Shown here in pieces: positions 25,150 through 37,643 of a stretch of 64,000 nt of DNA. Origin of the DNA: Camelus ferus (taxonomy: Eukaryota); contig NC_045696.1 of the NCBI RefSeq assembly GCF_009834535.1, forward strand, positions 113,214,001 to 113,278,000. Direction: 5' to 3'. Numbering within the stretch: position 1 is the first letter of the stretch; each line of letters opens with the position of its first letter. Below the pieces are notes generated by a model. That model saw only the letters and a list, made by a program, of their open reading frames with translations, was not told the origin of the DNA and ran no database searches. The translations under genes were made by a program, and so were the position numbers.

Positions 25150-25616
25150 ACCCTTTGCCTATTTTCCCTTTGGATTATTATTATTGATTTCTAGGAACTC
25201 TTTTTAGGAAGCTTGGTCTTTTTTTATATATATGGTAAATATTTTCTCTTAGTTTGTCATTTGCCTTTTGATTTAGCTTATAGTATAACTTGCCATGATT
25301 TTATTGTCAGATTCTTTTTTTTTTTTTTTTTTGGTTATTGTTTGCTCTTTGATTTTGTTTTGGTAGTCAAATTTACCCATCTTTTCTTCATGGCTTCTGG
25401 ATTTCAGGTCAGTTAAAAAAGACCTCTCTTACTCTAAGGCCTTTCCTACTCTGTTTTCTTCTGTTACTTTTGTAGGTATGTGCTTTAAAAAAAAAATCCA
25501 GCTTTAGTGGGGTATAATTTATAAAATTCATCCATTTTAAGTGCACAATGCATGGTGTTTGGCTAATTTATAGAGTTGTGCAACCGTTAGCACAATCCAG
25601 TTTTAGAACATTTCCA
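25150..25616 (-). mobile_element. Old L1M fragments
   Basis: T-rich antisense L1-like sequence; aaattcatccattttaagtgcacaat...gagttgtgcaacc...ttttagaacatttcca. Confidence 0.7.
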
Positions 25617-26501
25617 GCTTTGACCCAAGGACTGTAGTTGGCCAAGCCCTGTTCTAGAGTCCCAGATAGTCCAGACCATGTTATTGTGAAGCAGAAACCC
25701 CAGGCCGAGGCAGCTCATCTCCAGGACCGAGCTAGGAATCCGAGCTAACTCTAGGACGGTTCTGGACGAAGCCAGCTGTCAGCCAGTCTGTGGGTGCGGG
25801 ATGTAATCCCTGCAGCCCAGGCTGGAACCAGCTGCCTCCCCGTGGAGGAGGGAGTTCTGGCTTCCCAGTGTTTGCTTCAGAGCATAGAAACTAACGGTCC
25901 TATTTTCAAAAGAAATCTACTCAAAACACACATATGCTCAGTATATGTTAATGGGCTCAGCTGAGAAAATCATTACTTTAGACTTCCTTGTTTGTAGATG
26001 AAATAAAACAGTGTCCTTTTCTCTCTATTTTTTGCTATGGTCTCAGGCTGCATGTTATTTTAAGAACCCTAACAGGAGACCATGATAAAGCTGTAAGTCA
26101 TCAGAAGTGCTTGCTTGCTTTGGGAGCATAATTTAAAGGGCAAATATGCATATTTTCTTCTCTGAAATACATAATAGGTAATATTACTGTTAGGCAATAC
26201 AGGAAATCAATTAACCTTTATGAAAAGAAAACTCATTTTTCAATGAACAGGAGTAAGAACATTGAATCTGTTTTGCAAAAACCGAGCAGACCCGTATTTT
26301 CAGATAAAAAAGCCTTCAGCCATGCTCTTATTAAATTTATAAATTCTGCATTAACTCAAATGGAGAATCGTTTATTTTCTGGGGCTTTTTCATATCAGCT
26401 ACAGTGGAGTCAGGTCTTGCTAAAATGTTCTCATTGCTTTGCCCCCACCTAATTTGAAATTCAGGCTGTGTGAAGTCACTCATTGAATATACTGATTCTT
26501 G

Positions 26502-26635
26502 TGGGGAGGACAGAGCTCAGTGGTAGGGAACATGCTTAGCATGCACAAAGTCCTCGGTTCGATCCCCAGTACCTCCATTAAAAATAAATCAGTAAATAAA
26601 CCTAATTACCTCCCCTCTCCAAAAAAGAAAAGAAA
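26502..26635 (+). mobile_element. Vic-1-like SINE with 13-bp TSD
   Basis: TSD atactgattcttg at 26489-26501 and 26636-26648. A-box and B-box (ggttcgatccc) present. Confidence 0.93.
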
Positions 26636-28339
26636 ATACTGATTCTTGCAGGAAAGGAAGAAGATGCCTTAATGCAGTATTTTATTGGTCTGGAATTGAG
26701 CACTGCTTCCTAGGAGGGGTTCTGCTAGCATTTATGTCATTATAATGAGCTCCAGTCTGCATAAAATCATGATTCACAGCATAGGAGAGTTTGTGCTAAG
26801 ATAGAACGCCTACAATTCTAAATACCAAAGTTAGAGGCTTTTAGCCTTGTTCGAAAAAGGAACTAAGACCTCAGACTCCTATAAATGTGCCTGAAGAGGT
26901 AGAAGCAAGGTTCTGTTATGTCTGCCCTGACCTGGCTCTCGGGAGTGAGGGTGTGACATAGAGTCACACTGTTACGAATCCACAGGCCTCACTCAGCTGT
27001 GTGACCTGCGCCTCTTCTGTGCGACCCAGTCGTTCATCTCACCTCCCGGCTGTGACCTTTGCCCTCTCCTTTTTCTCTCTCAAGGCATTATATTGAGTAT
27101 GTCCCAGGGGCCTGGGAGGAGTGTCTGCAGGAAGTGACAGGTGCTTTCAGTAGTTGTCCCAGTGTTTTCTCTGTGCGATCTTCATATTGTTTGCTTGCTT
27201 GTTTTTTCTTTTTGTTTTTGCAAAGAGAATAAAAAGCAAATCTGTGTTGTTGGTAGGAGGGCTCGAAGGGGAGGGTTCCTCACCCTCCCCAACATCTTGT
27301 AAGGGTGGGAGGGTGGGAGCCACAGAAAAGGCAGGAGATGAGGGCTCACACCCGACCCTGTACAATGTAGAAGAATCCAATATAGATACTTTGTATAAAA
27401 GCCACTTGTCCTCATTTGTGGAGCCTGGTGAAAATTCACATTTCTCGCTACTCCTGAGGTTGAAATGCTTTTGCATGTTTATTTGCCACTTTTATGTCTT
27501 CATCCATAACTTACCTGTTCGTATGCATTGTCCAGATGCCTGTTATGGGTTTTATATTTTTCTCATTATTTGTAGAAGCAATTTATTACATATTAAGGAT
27601 AATAACCAATCAAGGCACCTAATCTCTCTCAAGCTTGAATTCCTCATTTGCTAAGTGAGAAACTGAGACTAGTTCATCTCCACTTCTCCCTCCACTTTAA
27701 AGATTAGGTTATATTTCAAATTTGAATATTTATAAATCACATTTTCATAAAGTAGGGTCATGGGTACATTAATGGTTGGATGTAAAGAAAAAGGACACCC
27801 TGGAGAGAGGTTTTCTGTGTTTTAAGACTATCTTAATGTACAGATTTTTCAAAGTCAAGCAAAACATCCGAGTGGGGAAAGCTAATATTTTATTGTAAAG
27901 TCCATGTCAATTGGCAGAAGACCTAAAAAAAAATTTTTTTTAAGAATGCAAGGACTAAATAAACTACCCTTTGATGAGTTTTTTAGAAAGTAATATGTCA
28001 TTTTAAATCTCAAAAAAAAAAAATTAAAAAATGAAGCCCATGTCATTGTCAACGGTGGCCCTTAGGTGTCCTTGAAGCTTCTCAGCTGCTCCTCGTGGCC
28101 ACTTCATTCCGTCAGAGACAGGACCACAGTTGTGATCCTGTCTTACACCCTGTGCAGACCAGGTCCTCACAAGGCCAGAGGTTGTTAACAGCAGGATAAT
28201 GACACCACTCAGAGACAACAGATGTTCACCAGTGTGCATGTTGTTAACGTTTCCCATCATAAACGCTCTTCTAAAATAGGATTCTGTTCACAGCCACTTA
28301 ATAACCTCCCCAACAGTGATACGGTCCCTGAGGGCCAAG

Positions 28340-29210
28340 CTTTTAAAATAATATTATTATAAATAATGTTCTAATGAGCCACCATGTACATAATCTGGCA
28401 CCTCTCTGATTATTTCCTCAGGATAAGTTCTACTAAGTGAAAAAAAAAATTTAATAAAAACTGGGTGAAAGGTACTGAACATCTTTAAAAACCTTCTCTG
28501 TTATCAAATTGTAACCAGATTACTGGACCAATCAGCAGTGCAGTGTCCATGTAATCATATACCCTCTGACTTTGGAGTTTGGGGTAGTTTGTTTATTTCT
28601 GAGAAAGGCAATTCATTAGGCAAAGTTTTATCACAGGTTTTATCAGCGTTTTCCAAAACTTTACATATTTATCATTGATAATAAATTTGACTCCACACTC
28701 ACAGGTGTGCACACACGGTTGGCTGCTTAAATGTCTTCTCTTGCAATTTACCTGTTAGTTAACTTTTCTATTGCTCTACTTGTCTTTTCCTTATAATCTG
28801 TATATTAAGGATTTAATTCATTGTCTATTATAAATGCTACGAATATTTTTCCCACTTTAGTATACGTCTCTCCTTTTTGTTTGTGGCGGTATCTGACCTT
28901 TTTAAGATTTTTCTTCTTCGGAACTAACTCCATACTCAAAGAAAGTTGGTGAGATGAGTTCAGAGAATCCTCAGATACTCTTTACCCAAAGTCCTCAAAT
29001 GTTAACATTTTTATCATGTTTGCTTAATTTTTCCCCCTGGCTCTTTCTGTCTCTGTGGTATATAATTTTGACTTTGAACCATTTACAGATAAACTGTGAA
29101 CATGACCTACGGCATTTCTGACATACAGAAATGTTTAGTGTCGATGTAGTGAGCTCTACTGGGTGTCATTTTATGATTCCTGTCTTTGTTTCCAAGCTGA
29201 GAAATGTCTT
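28340..29210 (-). mobile_element. Highly decayed L1M-type fragments
   Basis: AT-rich with antisense L1-like motifs (attatttcctcaggataagttc; aatatttttccca). Confidence 0.5.
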
Positions 29211-29948
29211 CTGGTGACACTGGGGGACAGGGCTCTGCAGGTCCCAGGGATCAGCTAGTATTTCTATTCCAACACATCTTTCTTTTCTTTTATACTTAGA
29301 CACAGGGGTGACTGGTGAAGGTCAAAGGTTGTCTCAACATACACCCTTTATGCACCAACCACGCTCCCTTAGAGGGCAACGAGGGAAGCCCCACAGGGCT
29401 GGCCGTCCTCCTGTGCCTCCTGAGAAAGGCAGGACAGCCACACCCAGGTCTGTGGATGGGCCACCCTGGCAAGGGACGTGCCCCAGAAGCCAGATGCACT
29501 TCTGCTTCCTTCCCCACGTTGCTCCAGGAACCAGGAGCTCGGCGTCACTTTGCACACTTGTAGCATCATTACTCTGAAAGGACATCTGGAGGCTTATTTC
29601 ACGTTATTCCCGGTTCCTGTTTCCCCAGTTGTGGCCAAAAATAAGATGTGGCTTCGGATTCCACAGAGCCCTCTTTATACATAACAATGTTGCCACAAAT
29701 AGTTTTGGAGGAAGAAAAATACCAGCTTGCCCAAATAGCTAGCTCTACCATTGGTGGAGCCAATTACAAAAGGGAACTTTGCCTTCATTTCTTGGGTGTT
29801 TAACCACACAAAGCAATGTGGCCCCTTTGCCTCCTCCTCAGCATTTCAAAAAGAAACAAAAATCTCACTGCAGGTAAGCTAGAAAAGAAACACCAGTCTC
29901 CCCCAAAATGCCCTGAGGGCAAGAGGGAGGCATACAAATCACACAGAT

Positions 29949-30823
29949 TTTTTGTTTTTGTTTTTGTTTTTTACTGACATGTAGTTGATTTACAATGTTA
30001 GTTTCAGGTGTACAGCAAAGCAATTCAGTTATATGTATATATACTTTTTTTTTCAGATTCTTTTCCATTTCCACAAAAAATTGAATACAGTTCCCTGTGT
30101 TAGGCAGTAGGTCCTTGTTGTTTACCTCTTTTATATATAATAATGTGTGTATCTGTTAATCCCAAACTCCTGATTGATCTCTCCCCTGCCCTTTTCCCTT
30201 TGGGAATCGTAGTTTGGTTTCTATGTCCGTGAATCTCCATTTCTCCAAAGAAGACATCCAGGTGGCCAACAGGCACATGAAAAAATGCTTAATATTGCTG
30301 ATTATTAGAGAAACACAAATCAAAACTACAATGAGGTATCAGCTTACACCAGTCAGAATGGCCATATTAAGTCTACAAATAATAAATGCTGGAGAGGGTG
30401 TGGAGAAAAAAGAACCCTCCTACACTGTTGGTGAGAATGTAAAATTGGTGCAGCCACTATGGATATGAAGGTTCCTTTAAAAACTAAAAGTAGACTTACC
30501 ATATGATCCAGCAATCCCACTCTTGGGCATACATCTGGAGAAAACTCTAATTCAAAAAGACATGGAAACAACCTAAATGTCCATTGACAAATGACTGGAT
30601 AAAGAAGATGTGGTATTTATATACAATGGAATATTACTCACCCATAAAAATAATGAAATAATGCCATTTGCAGCAACATGGATCTTCCTACAGATGATCA
30701 TACTAAGTGAAGTAATTCAGACACAGAAAGACAAATATCATATGATATCAGTTATATGTGGAATCTTAAAAAAAGATACAAATCTTATTTACAAACCAAA
30801 AATAGATTCATGGACATAGAAAA
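29949..30823 (-). mobile_element. 5'-inverted L1 insertion: antisense 3' end (29949-~30237) joined to a plus-oriented ORF2-end/3' UTR segment (~30237-30823)
   Basis: ORF 30214..30468 ([17 protein letters not shown]...) is the L1 ORF2 C-terminal region. A 9-bp TSD cacacagat at 29940-29948 and 30824-30832 brackets both pieces. Confidence 0.85.
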
Positions 30824-32659
30824 CACACAGATAATCTTTAAATTCCTCCTCAGACATCTCTCCTCATCACTACTCAGGTAACTGCTGAAACCTCAGGTCC
30901 TCTCCTCTCTCTGCAGACCCTCCCCCCTCCAGTCAGAATCCCCCCTCTTCTGCTCCCTCCTCCCACCCCTACTCCACCTGCTCATGCCCCTTGGAGATGG
31001 TGGCCCCCGGCTCTACCTCTCTCATTTGCATCCCCTTTTAAGACCCCACTCAGCAAAATAGACAGATGTCCTTTCTAAGGAACTCACTTTAGAAAGCAAG
31101 GGAAAGGAAAACCATAAATGCTTACCATTACATCCCCCCCGCCTCAATCACACACAAATGGCTGGAAGGGGGAAAGTCCCTGCGTGGTGTCCAGTCTGGG
31201 GAAGAGAAATGACCAGCCCCTCAGTTCAGGATTTCCTCCAGTTTCCGTCATAACAGGGAGAAATCAAGAAAACCACAAAAACAGAGAATTCCTCTGTAAC
31301 TAGCACATCACCCTTTTCTTTAGCACAAAAGCAAATATTTATTTTTCCTCAGAAAACGGAAGGAACGATGACCCTTTACATAACACGAATGGGTAAAGGA
31401 TGCCAGACCTTGCCACATAGTCTGCATAAGGGAGCTGCCTCCTGGACTCTGACTGTCTCTGTCCTTCTCCCACCCTGTCCTCACCTCTTTAGCTTCCTGA
31501 ACTCCTCCTGGAAGAGAAACTTCCTACTGAAAAGTCAAGGACTTTCTGAAAGAGACCAAATTCATGAGATCTCACCAACTTCAGCCAGATTAGTCAAACT
31601 CTTCCCTCAAAACTCCTGGGGTCTCTAACACAATTGCTTCTAGACCAAATATCACTTTCCAAGTTTGAGCTGTAGCCAGGTGGTCGGGAAGTTGACATGT
31701 CAATAAAACAGGGCTTTGTGGAGTGGAAGATGGGAACACAAGAGTGAGGGAAAAAATGTATTTCCTTATCAACAACCCTTGTGTACCTCCCAGAAGCCCC
31801 CTTTACAATATTAGGCTTCTCCTAGACCCTCACACCTGGCCCCATTGTCCCCACACCCCCTCCTCCATTGTCGCCACCATCACTGCCATCACCATCATCC
31901 TCACCCCTCAGTACCCACCGTTCTCATAAACTCAGCTCTACTCCTTCGAGCCTGCTGGAACCGAGACTTGCCCTCAACTCTCTACTGAACTTCTGCTGAC
32001 AGTCACCAATATCAACCATAACCTGACAGGTTCTGTTATGTCAGGACGCACCATTCCTCTCCATTTTCCCAAGGTCCTTCAAAGGAAATGAACGTAATTC
32101 TTCCGAAAAATAATCTAGTCCCTAATGAATATGTGATGTTCTTTTGTTTGCAATGAGCCAAGAGATACTTTCCTGTGCCACCCTCACCGCCCACCCCCCC
32201 ACCAGCTGACAGTCCCAGGCTTGGGCTTTGTCCCTCTTGACTTTAAAGTCTTGGCCATCTTGACGTTCTCGCTCTGGACTTTCCCACGCTGGCAGGGAGG
32301 CTGGTGTGGGCGTTCAGTTCCCCAGAGGGCAGGTGCAGCCCACGCAGGTGCTGATGCTGAGCCGGGAGCCTTTCTCTCCCATCCTCACGTTGTACATGCC
32401 AGCGGCGAAGGTGAGCATGAAGTGACCTGCCCGAGGGCCCTGCAGCCAACAGCTGTGTGTTTGGACTCTCCGTTCCCAAAGCCGCGGGTTAAATGACTTT
32501 AAATAGTGATCACGTCTCATTTCCTCATTCTTAACTGAAGCTCTTAGCCTTTATCATGCTATTGTATATGCTGAGTCCCCAAGGGAGGTGGATGAAGCAG
32601 TCTTCCCTCAGCTTATCAGAGCCGAGCCCCATCTCTGGTGGAGGACCCAGCCTTGTTCT

Positions 32660-33050
32660 GCCCAAATCTGCCTGCACATTATAATCGCCCCAGGAGCTTT
32701 TTAAAACCCTGATGCCCGTGTCACCCCAGACCAGTTAAATCAGAATCTCCAGGTGTGGAGCCAAGTTTCACTGTTCTTTTAAAACTGTCCAGGTGATTCT
32801 GAAGGATAACCCAGTCTGAGAACCATGGTCCGGACACAGTGGTTCTAGGCTGCCCAGTACAGTCACCTCGGGACTGGTTTAAAAACACCAGGGCCCCGGT
32901 ACTTGTCATTAGGTGCGACAGTAGAACCCCTCAAGAGTCCATAGACTCCCACCTAGAGGTTCCAGCTGAGATGGTCTCAGAGCCTCTAGCATCTTTGTTT
33001 TTGTTTTTAACGCCTCAAGTGATCCTAGTGTGCATCTAAGTATTGAGAAA
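32660..33050. mobile_element. Two adjacent MER5-family hAT elements
   Basis: ctgcacattataatcgccccaggagctttttaaaaccctgatgccc...ccaggtgattctga...tgagaacca, then cagtggttct...tcacctcgggactggtttaaaaacac. Confidence 0.75.
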
Positions 33051-33069
33051 AGAGCAGCTGTTCTTCGTA

Positions 33070-33208
33070 GGCAGGATGTAGCTCAGTGGTAGAGCATGTG
33101 CTGAGCATGTGCTTAGCATGCAGGAGGTCCTGGGTTCAATCCCTAGGACCTCCGTTTAAAAAAAAAAAAAAAAGAAACTGGTTACCTTCCCCGACCTAAA
33201 AGGAAAAA
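33070..33208 (+). mobile_element. Vic-1-like SINE with internal 11-bp tandem duplication
   Basis: gagcatgtgct is repeated at 33092-33102 and 33103-33113; B-box ggttcaatccc. Confidence 0.9.
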
Positions 33209-34857
33209 GAACTAGTTGTTCTCAAACTTGGGGAATGAATATCAGAATTAGCAAGACTTTTGGTTACAAAAAAGGCAAAAGAAGCTCTATTTTACAGTCG
33301 TACCTAATGCTAAGAAGCTGGGGCTCTGGGAGCCTTGCTAGCTCTCCAGGTGATTCTGATACACACAGAAGCTTGAAAACCACTGATCTAGAGGGTTTGT
33401 TGGTGTTCTGGCTTTTTTCTTTTTTTCCCATATTGGATATGTTTGAGGAAATATTTGTTTTCTAACTCTCATTCTAACATTCTGACATTTCATCTGAGTG
33501 CCTAGAAAAGACATCGAACCTACCAGCCGTTAATCTCAGCGCAGCTGAGACGAACAGATGTAACTAGTGACGCTCTGCTCTCCTTCACGACCTGGTGTGT
33601 GTCGTCACTTTCCCCTGGGGATGACGAGCCTTCCGTGCCTGCAGTCAGGCATCTGGCTGGTGGGCTGCAGCATTGCATTCGCCGCAAAGGCCCGTGAGCG
33701 TAGGAGCCTCTCCAGATCGAACTATCACAGAGTCCTTCAGGAATGTGCTCCAAGGGCAGCATTTTTGGTGGAAGGAATGAGCGGTCATGAGGAAATTTGT
33801 TTCTCTGTCCTGCAAGTTTTGCAAATGATTGCATTAGACACTGAGCTTAGAAGGCCATCCCACGCCTCTTTAGTGAATAGCTTCAGTTGAATGGAGCTTT
33901 TGGTGATGGGAGGATGCTCCCCTTACCCCGGAGGTATTTTTTTGTATATAAATTAAGTGACTACCATTTGAGGCACAAAAGACTGTAACTCTCTGGTCAG
34001 CAGTCCCCAGGGCATTATGGTGCCCAGTCTGGACCATTTGGGAAGCTTTTAAAACTCCCAGTGCTGACAACACTGAACTCTTCCCAAAGGACCCGGCGAG
34101 GGTGGAGGCTGTATGTAAATCCTTTAACGCAGGGTGGGGCGCCCTGGGGCTCAACCTGGACCAGCCCTCCTCTGAGAGTACCTGGCCCAGGGCGGGCCCT
34201 CACTGATGTCAATTTAACGGTGAGAAATGGCCCATAGAATTACTGAACCATAATGCAGAAAAAAAAAAAACAGATGTAAATGAGTGTTTGTAGGTTTTTA
34301 AAAGTCTGTTTTGCAGGTGAGGTCACATTCTCACAGCTTTGCTCAGCGCGTTCCCATAATTCATGCCTTCTCTTCCGTGTCACATTCAAATTCCACATCC
34401 TATTAAGGATTTCCTGAAAGAATTTTCTGTACTGTGTAAGGCCCTTCTTTTTCTAAAAAGTGAGAGACAAGAAGTACCTTTGTTTTTCTTTATTATTTTA
34501 TGGAAAGATGTTTTTAATGAAGTAGTACTCTAAATATAACATATGAACCAAATAATTCAGGCAAAAGGAAATAGGTCATATTTAAGACAGCCTCTTCCCT
34601 TCTGCAACCTCTGATAAAATAAGCATCGTACAACATTTGCTGGCATTACTACTACTTCATTTTCAATAGGCAGAAGTTCCTATGCCAGGCAGGGTGAAGG
34701 GCTCACACCACACAGCATCTTCCTGGAGGTTCCACACCCCCCAGGAGGTAGGATGGAGCATGATGTAATCATAGGAGGCGGGGAGTGATAGCAGAAAACG
34801 GGAGGAGATACACAGCCCCCTGTAGCTACTAATAAAGAGAAGTGTTTTTAAAGTTAC

Positions 34858-34929
34858 GGGAGGAGGGTATAGCTCAGTGGTAGAGCACATGCTTAGCCTG
34901 CGTGAAGTCCTGGGTTCAGTCCCCAGTAC
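34858..34929 (+). mobile_element. Vic-1-like SINE, tRNA-like head only
   Basis: gggaggagggtatagctcagtggtagagcacatgcttagc...gtcctgggttcagtccccagtac, lacking the usual body and tail. Confidence 0.85.
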
Positions 34930-36609
34930 AACACATATAATCTGGTACTTCTAAGAAGCAGGATGGCGTGACCAATGTTCCCACACTACACAGATACACA
35001 GAAAAGAATCTTATTTTTCAAAAACCAGAAGGCATAAGATTTTTCACGAAAGTGGCGTAGGCTGCCTCGTATCATTGTATAATTTCCCCTGGGCCTTTTC
35101 AAACTTTTTTAATTGTTCATAGTTCGCCCAATACTCCTTTTATGAACCTTTTGAATGAGAAAATTCTGAATATTCTCTACTCCAATTTTCTCACCTCTAA
35201 GTAGGAATTATGCTCCTGTATTATTCAGCGAAATAGAACTATAAATGAAGCCATCAGAATACCAATTACTGCTGGCACTACCTTCAATCAAAAAAGCCTT
35301 TCAGTATTATTACAAAAATCATTCTTCAAAGATTAAGTCTATGTAAATGAATATAAAATAGCCGATCATACTCAGTAATGCATAATGGAAATATTCATGA
35401 GAATTTCAATCATTTGATACCGTGCTCCAAATTCGATCAAGAAATCATTGGCATAAATCAGAACTTTAGTAAATTCTCTGAGCTTTTCCCAACAGAAAAT
35501 TCTAATTAAATTTTACATTAGAGCATCTAAGAGATTGGATTCTAGCACATAAACATAACAAAGAAAGAGTTCTTACCTATGAGGAGCTCACAGTGTCCAG
35601 AAGTCAGTGTTGGACACACCAATGCGTATTTTTTGAACATCTAAGAAGACTTACAAGAGCTTTAGAATTAGAAGGAATCTTAAAGGCCAGCTAATCCAAC
35701 ACCCTGAAATTACAGGTGGAAAAACTAAGGCCATGAACCTAAAGGAACGTATTTTTGGCTACGCAGCAGTGCACAACACAGATGCTTTTTGGTTTTCTTT
35801 TTGTTTTCATTTGTCTTGGGTTTTTTTTATTATTATTATTGAAATATAGTTCCTGTTGTTTGGAATGGAATTAATGGAGTGAGGATTCCATGAGGTGTGT
35901 TGAAGGTGCAAGGGCTTAAACATTACAATTTGAGCTATTTACAAATCCTGTTTCAGTTCCAACAAGAGTAAACAGAAACAACAGAGGTGGCCTTTACATC
36001 ACAAAGCATCCTTTACAGATCAGAGAAGGAGGGTCTTCAGAGCTGCCAAGTGGGTCCCTGAGGGCAGTGAGGCTGCAGGGGCCCGTCCCTCTTGTGGATG
36101 GGTCAGGAAGAGCATGCCAGGCACCCAAGAGAGGGAAAGTTTGGGGTTTTGCATCCCAGCCCCATGGAGGCCTGGTCTTCTGGCTGAGACTCTCCCCTGA
36201 GATCCCACGTGGAGGAGCCCTCACCGCCGGTCCTCCCTGACTCCTCGTCTCCCAGCTTTTGTTTTACTGCTGTGGATAATTTCTAAAAAAGACAAGGGGA
36301 ACTTTAGATTTGTTTGTTTGAAAACCTGCCTGGCTTTCACTCTCTTGCTTCATTCTTTCCACGAAGCTCTGTTTAATTTCTCTTTTTTCACTTTTATCTT
36401 ATTCTTTTAAATGTGGACAAGGATGGAGGGGAGAGGGGCAGCCAAAATATGAGGATGATATGTCTCCAAACCAGGAAAGTCTATACCCTCTTACTCCCGC
36501 TAGCTCTGTGCCAACCATTTCTAATGCCTCAAACCATATCTGCACTGCTCACCCCTTACAATGCCGCTGAGGGGCCAAGGGCACAGTCCTGTGGTCACAT
36601 CCCCTTGGG

Positions 36610-36795
36610 ATCCAGTGTGGCTCCACCTCTTCAGCTGTGACCTTGGGCAAGTTGCTTGCCCTTTCTTAATTCTCAGTTTCTTCATCTGTGAAATGGGGAT
36701 GACCATTATTTGTCTCAATACTAATGTAAGGGTCAAAAGAAATAACATGCTTAGCACCATGGCTGGACCATTGCGAGCTCAAGTAGTAAACAATA
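36610..36795 (+). mobile_element. MIR
   Basis: agctgtgaccttgggcaagtt...ctcagtttcttcatctgtgaaatggggat. Confidence 0.85.
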
Positions 36796-37059
36796 CACTC
36801 CATTATCATCACCATCACCACCTCAATGTCTCCAGGCCCAATGCCCCAACCCTTGCCAGGAAAGCGTGAGGGGACAAATGCAGCTGTCTTGTTATCTCGC
36901 TCAAGCACATCTGATATACCCCATGACCAAACGCCATCCAGCTTTCCTGAACAACCCGTTCAGCAGTCTAAGAAGTAAAGAGTCATGGGTGGGACTCAGA
37001 AACGGGTCTTCCAGGCCCACTTTCCAGGCCTGATCCTTGAGATTTGCCCATTCATTTTA

Positions 37060-37066
37060 GTGTGTG

Positions 37067-37099
<33 letters not shown>

Positions 37100-37643
37100 A
37101 ATTGAAACATAGTCAGTTTACAATGTTGTGTCAATTTCTGGTGTACAGCACAATGCTTCAGTCATACATGAACATACATATATTTATTTTCATTTTCTTT
37201 TTCATTATAGGTTACTACAAGATATTAAATATATTTCCCTGTGCTATAGAGTATGAACGTGTTGTTTATCTATTTTATATATAGTAGTTAGTATCTGCAA
37301 ATCTCAAACTTCCAATTTATCCCTTCCCACCCTCTTCCGCAACTGGTAACCATAAATTTGTTTTCTATGACTGTGAGTCGGTTTCTGTTTTGTAAATAAG
37401 TTCATTTGTCTTTTTTTTTTTTTTTTTTTTAGATTCCACATACAAGTGATATGGTATTTTTCTTTCTTTTTCTGGCTTACTTCACTTAGAATGACATTCT
37501 CCAGGTCCATCCATGTTGCTGCAAATGGCATTACTTTATTCTTTTTTATGGCTGAGTAGTATTCCATTGTAGAAATATACCACAGCTTCTTTATCCAGTC
37601 ATCTGTTGATGGACATTTAAGTTGTTTCCATGTCTTGGCTATT
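37060..37643 (-). mobile_element. 5'-truncated L1 3' end with a (TG)n microsatellite in place of the tail
   Basis: ORF 37304..37651 (TWKQLKCPSTDDWIKKLWYISTMEYYSAIKK) is the L1 ORF2 end. TSD ccattcatttta / ccactcatttta. Confidence 0.92.

Noticed and set aside
30214..30819. L1 ORF2-like peptides as functional genes (also 847-1035, 10211-10468, 37304-37651, 61747-61992)
   Set aside because: Truncated, disrupted retrotransposon remnants.
34858..34929. Possible tRNA-Ala(AGC) gene (also the heads of the other SINE copies)
   Set aside because: A/B boxes and a cttagc anticodon-like loop are present, but the sequence matches the SINE head repeated about ten times here, mostly with TSDs and A-tails. 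It is SINE-derived, not a tRNA gene.
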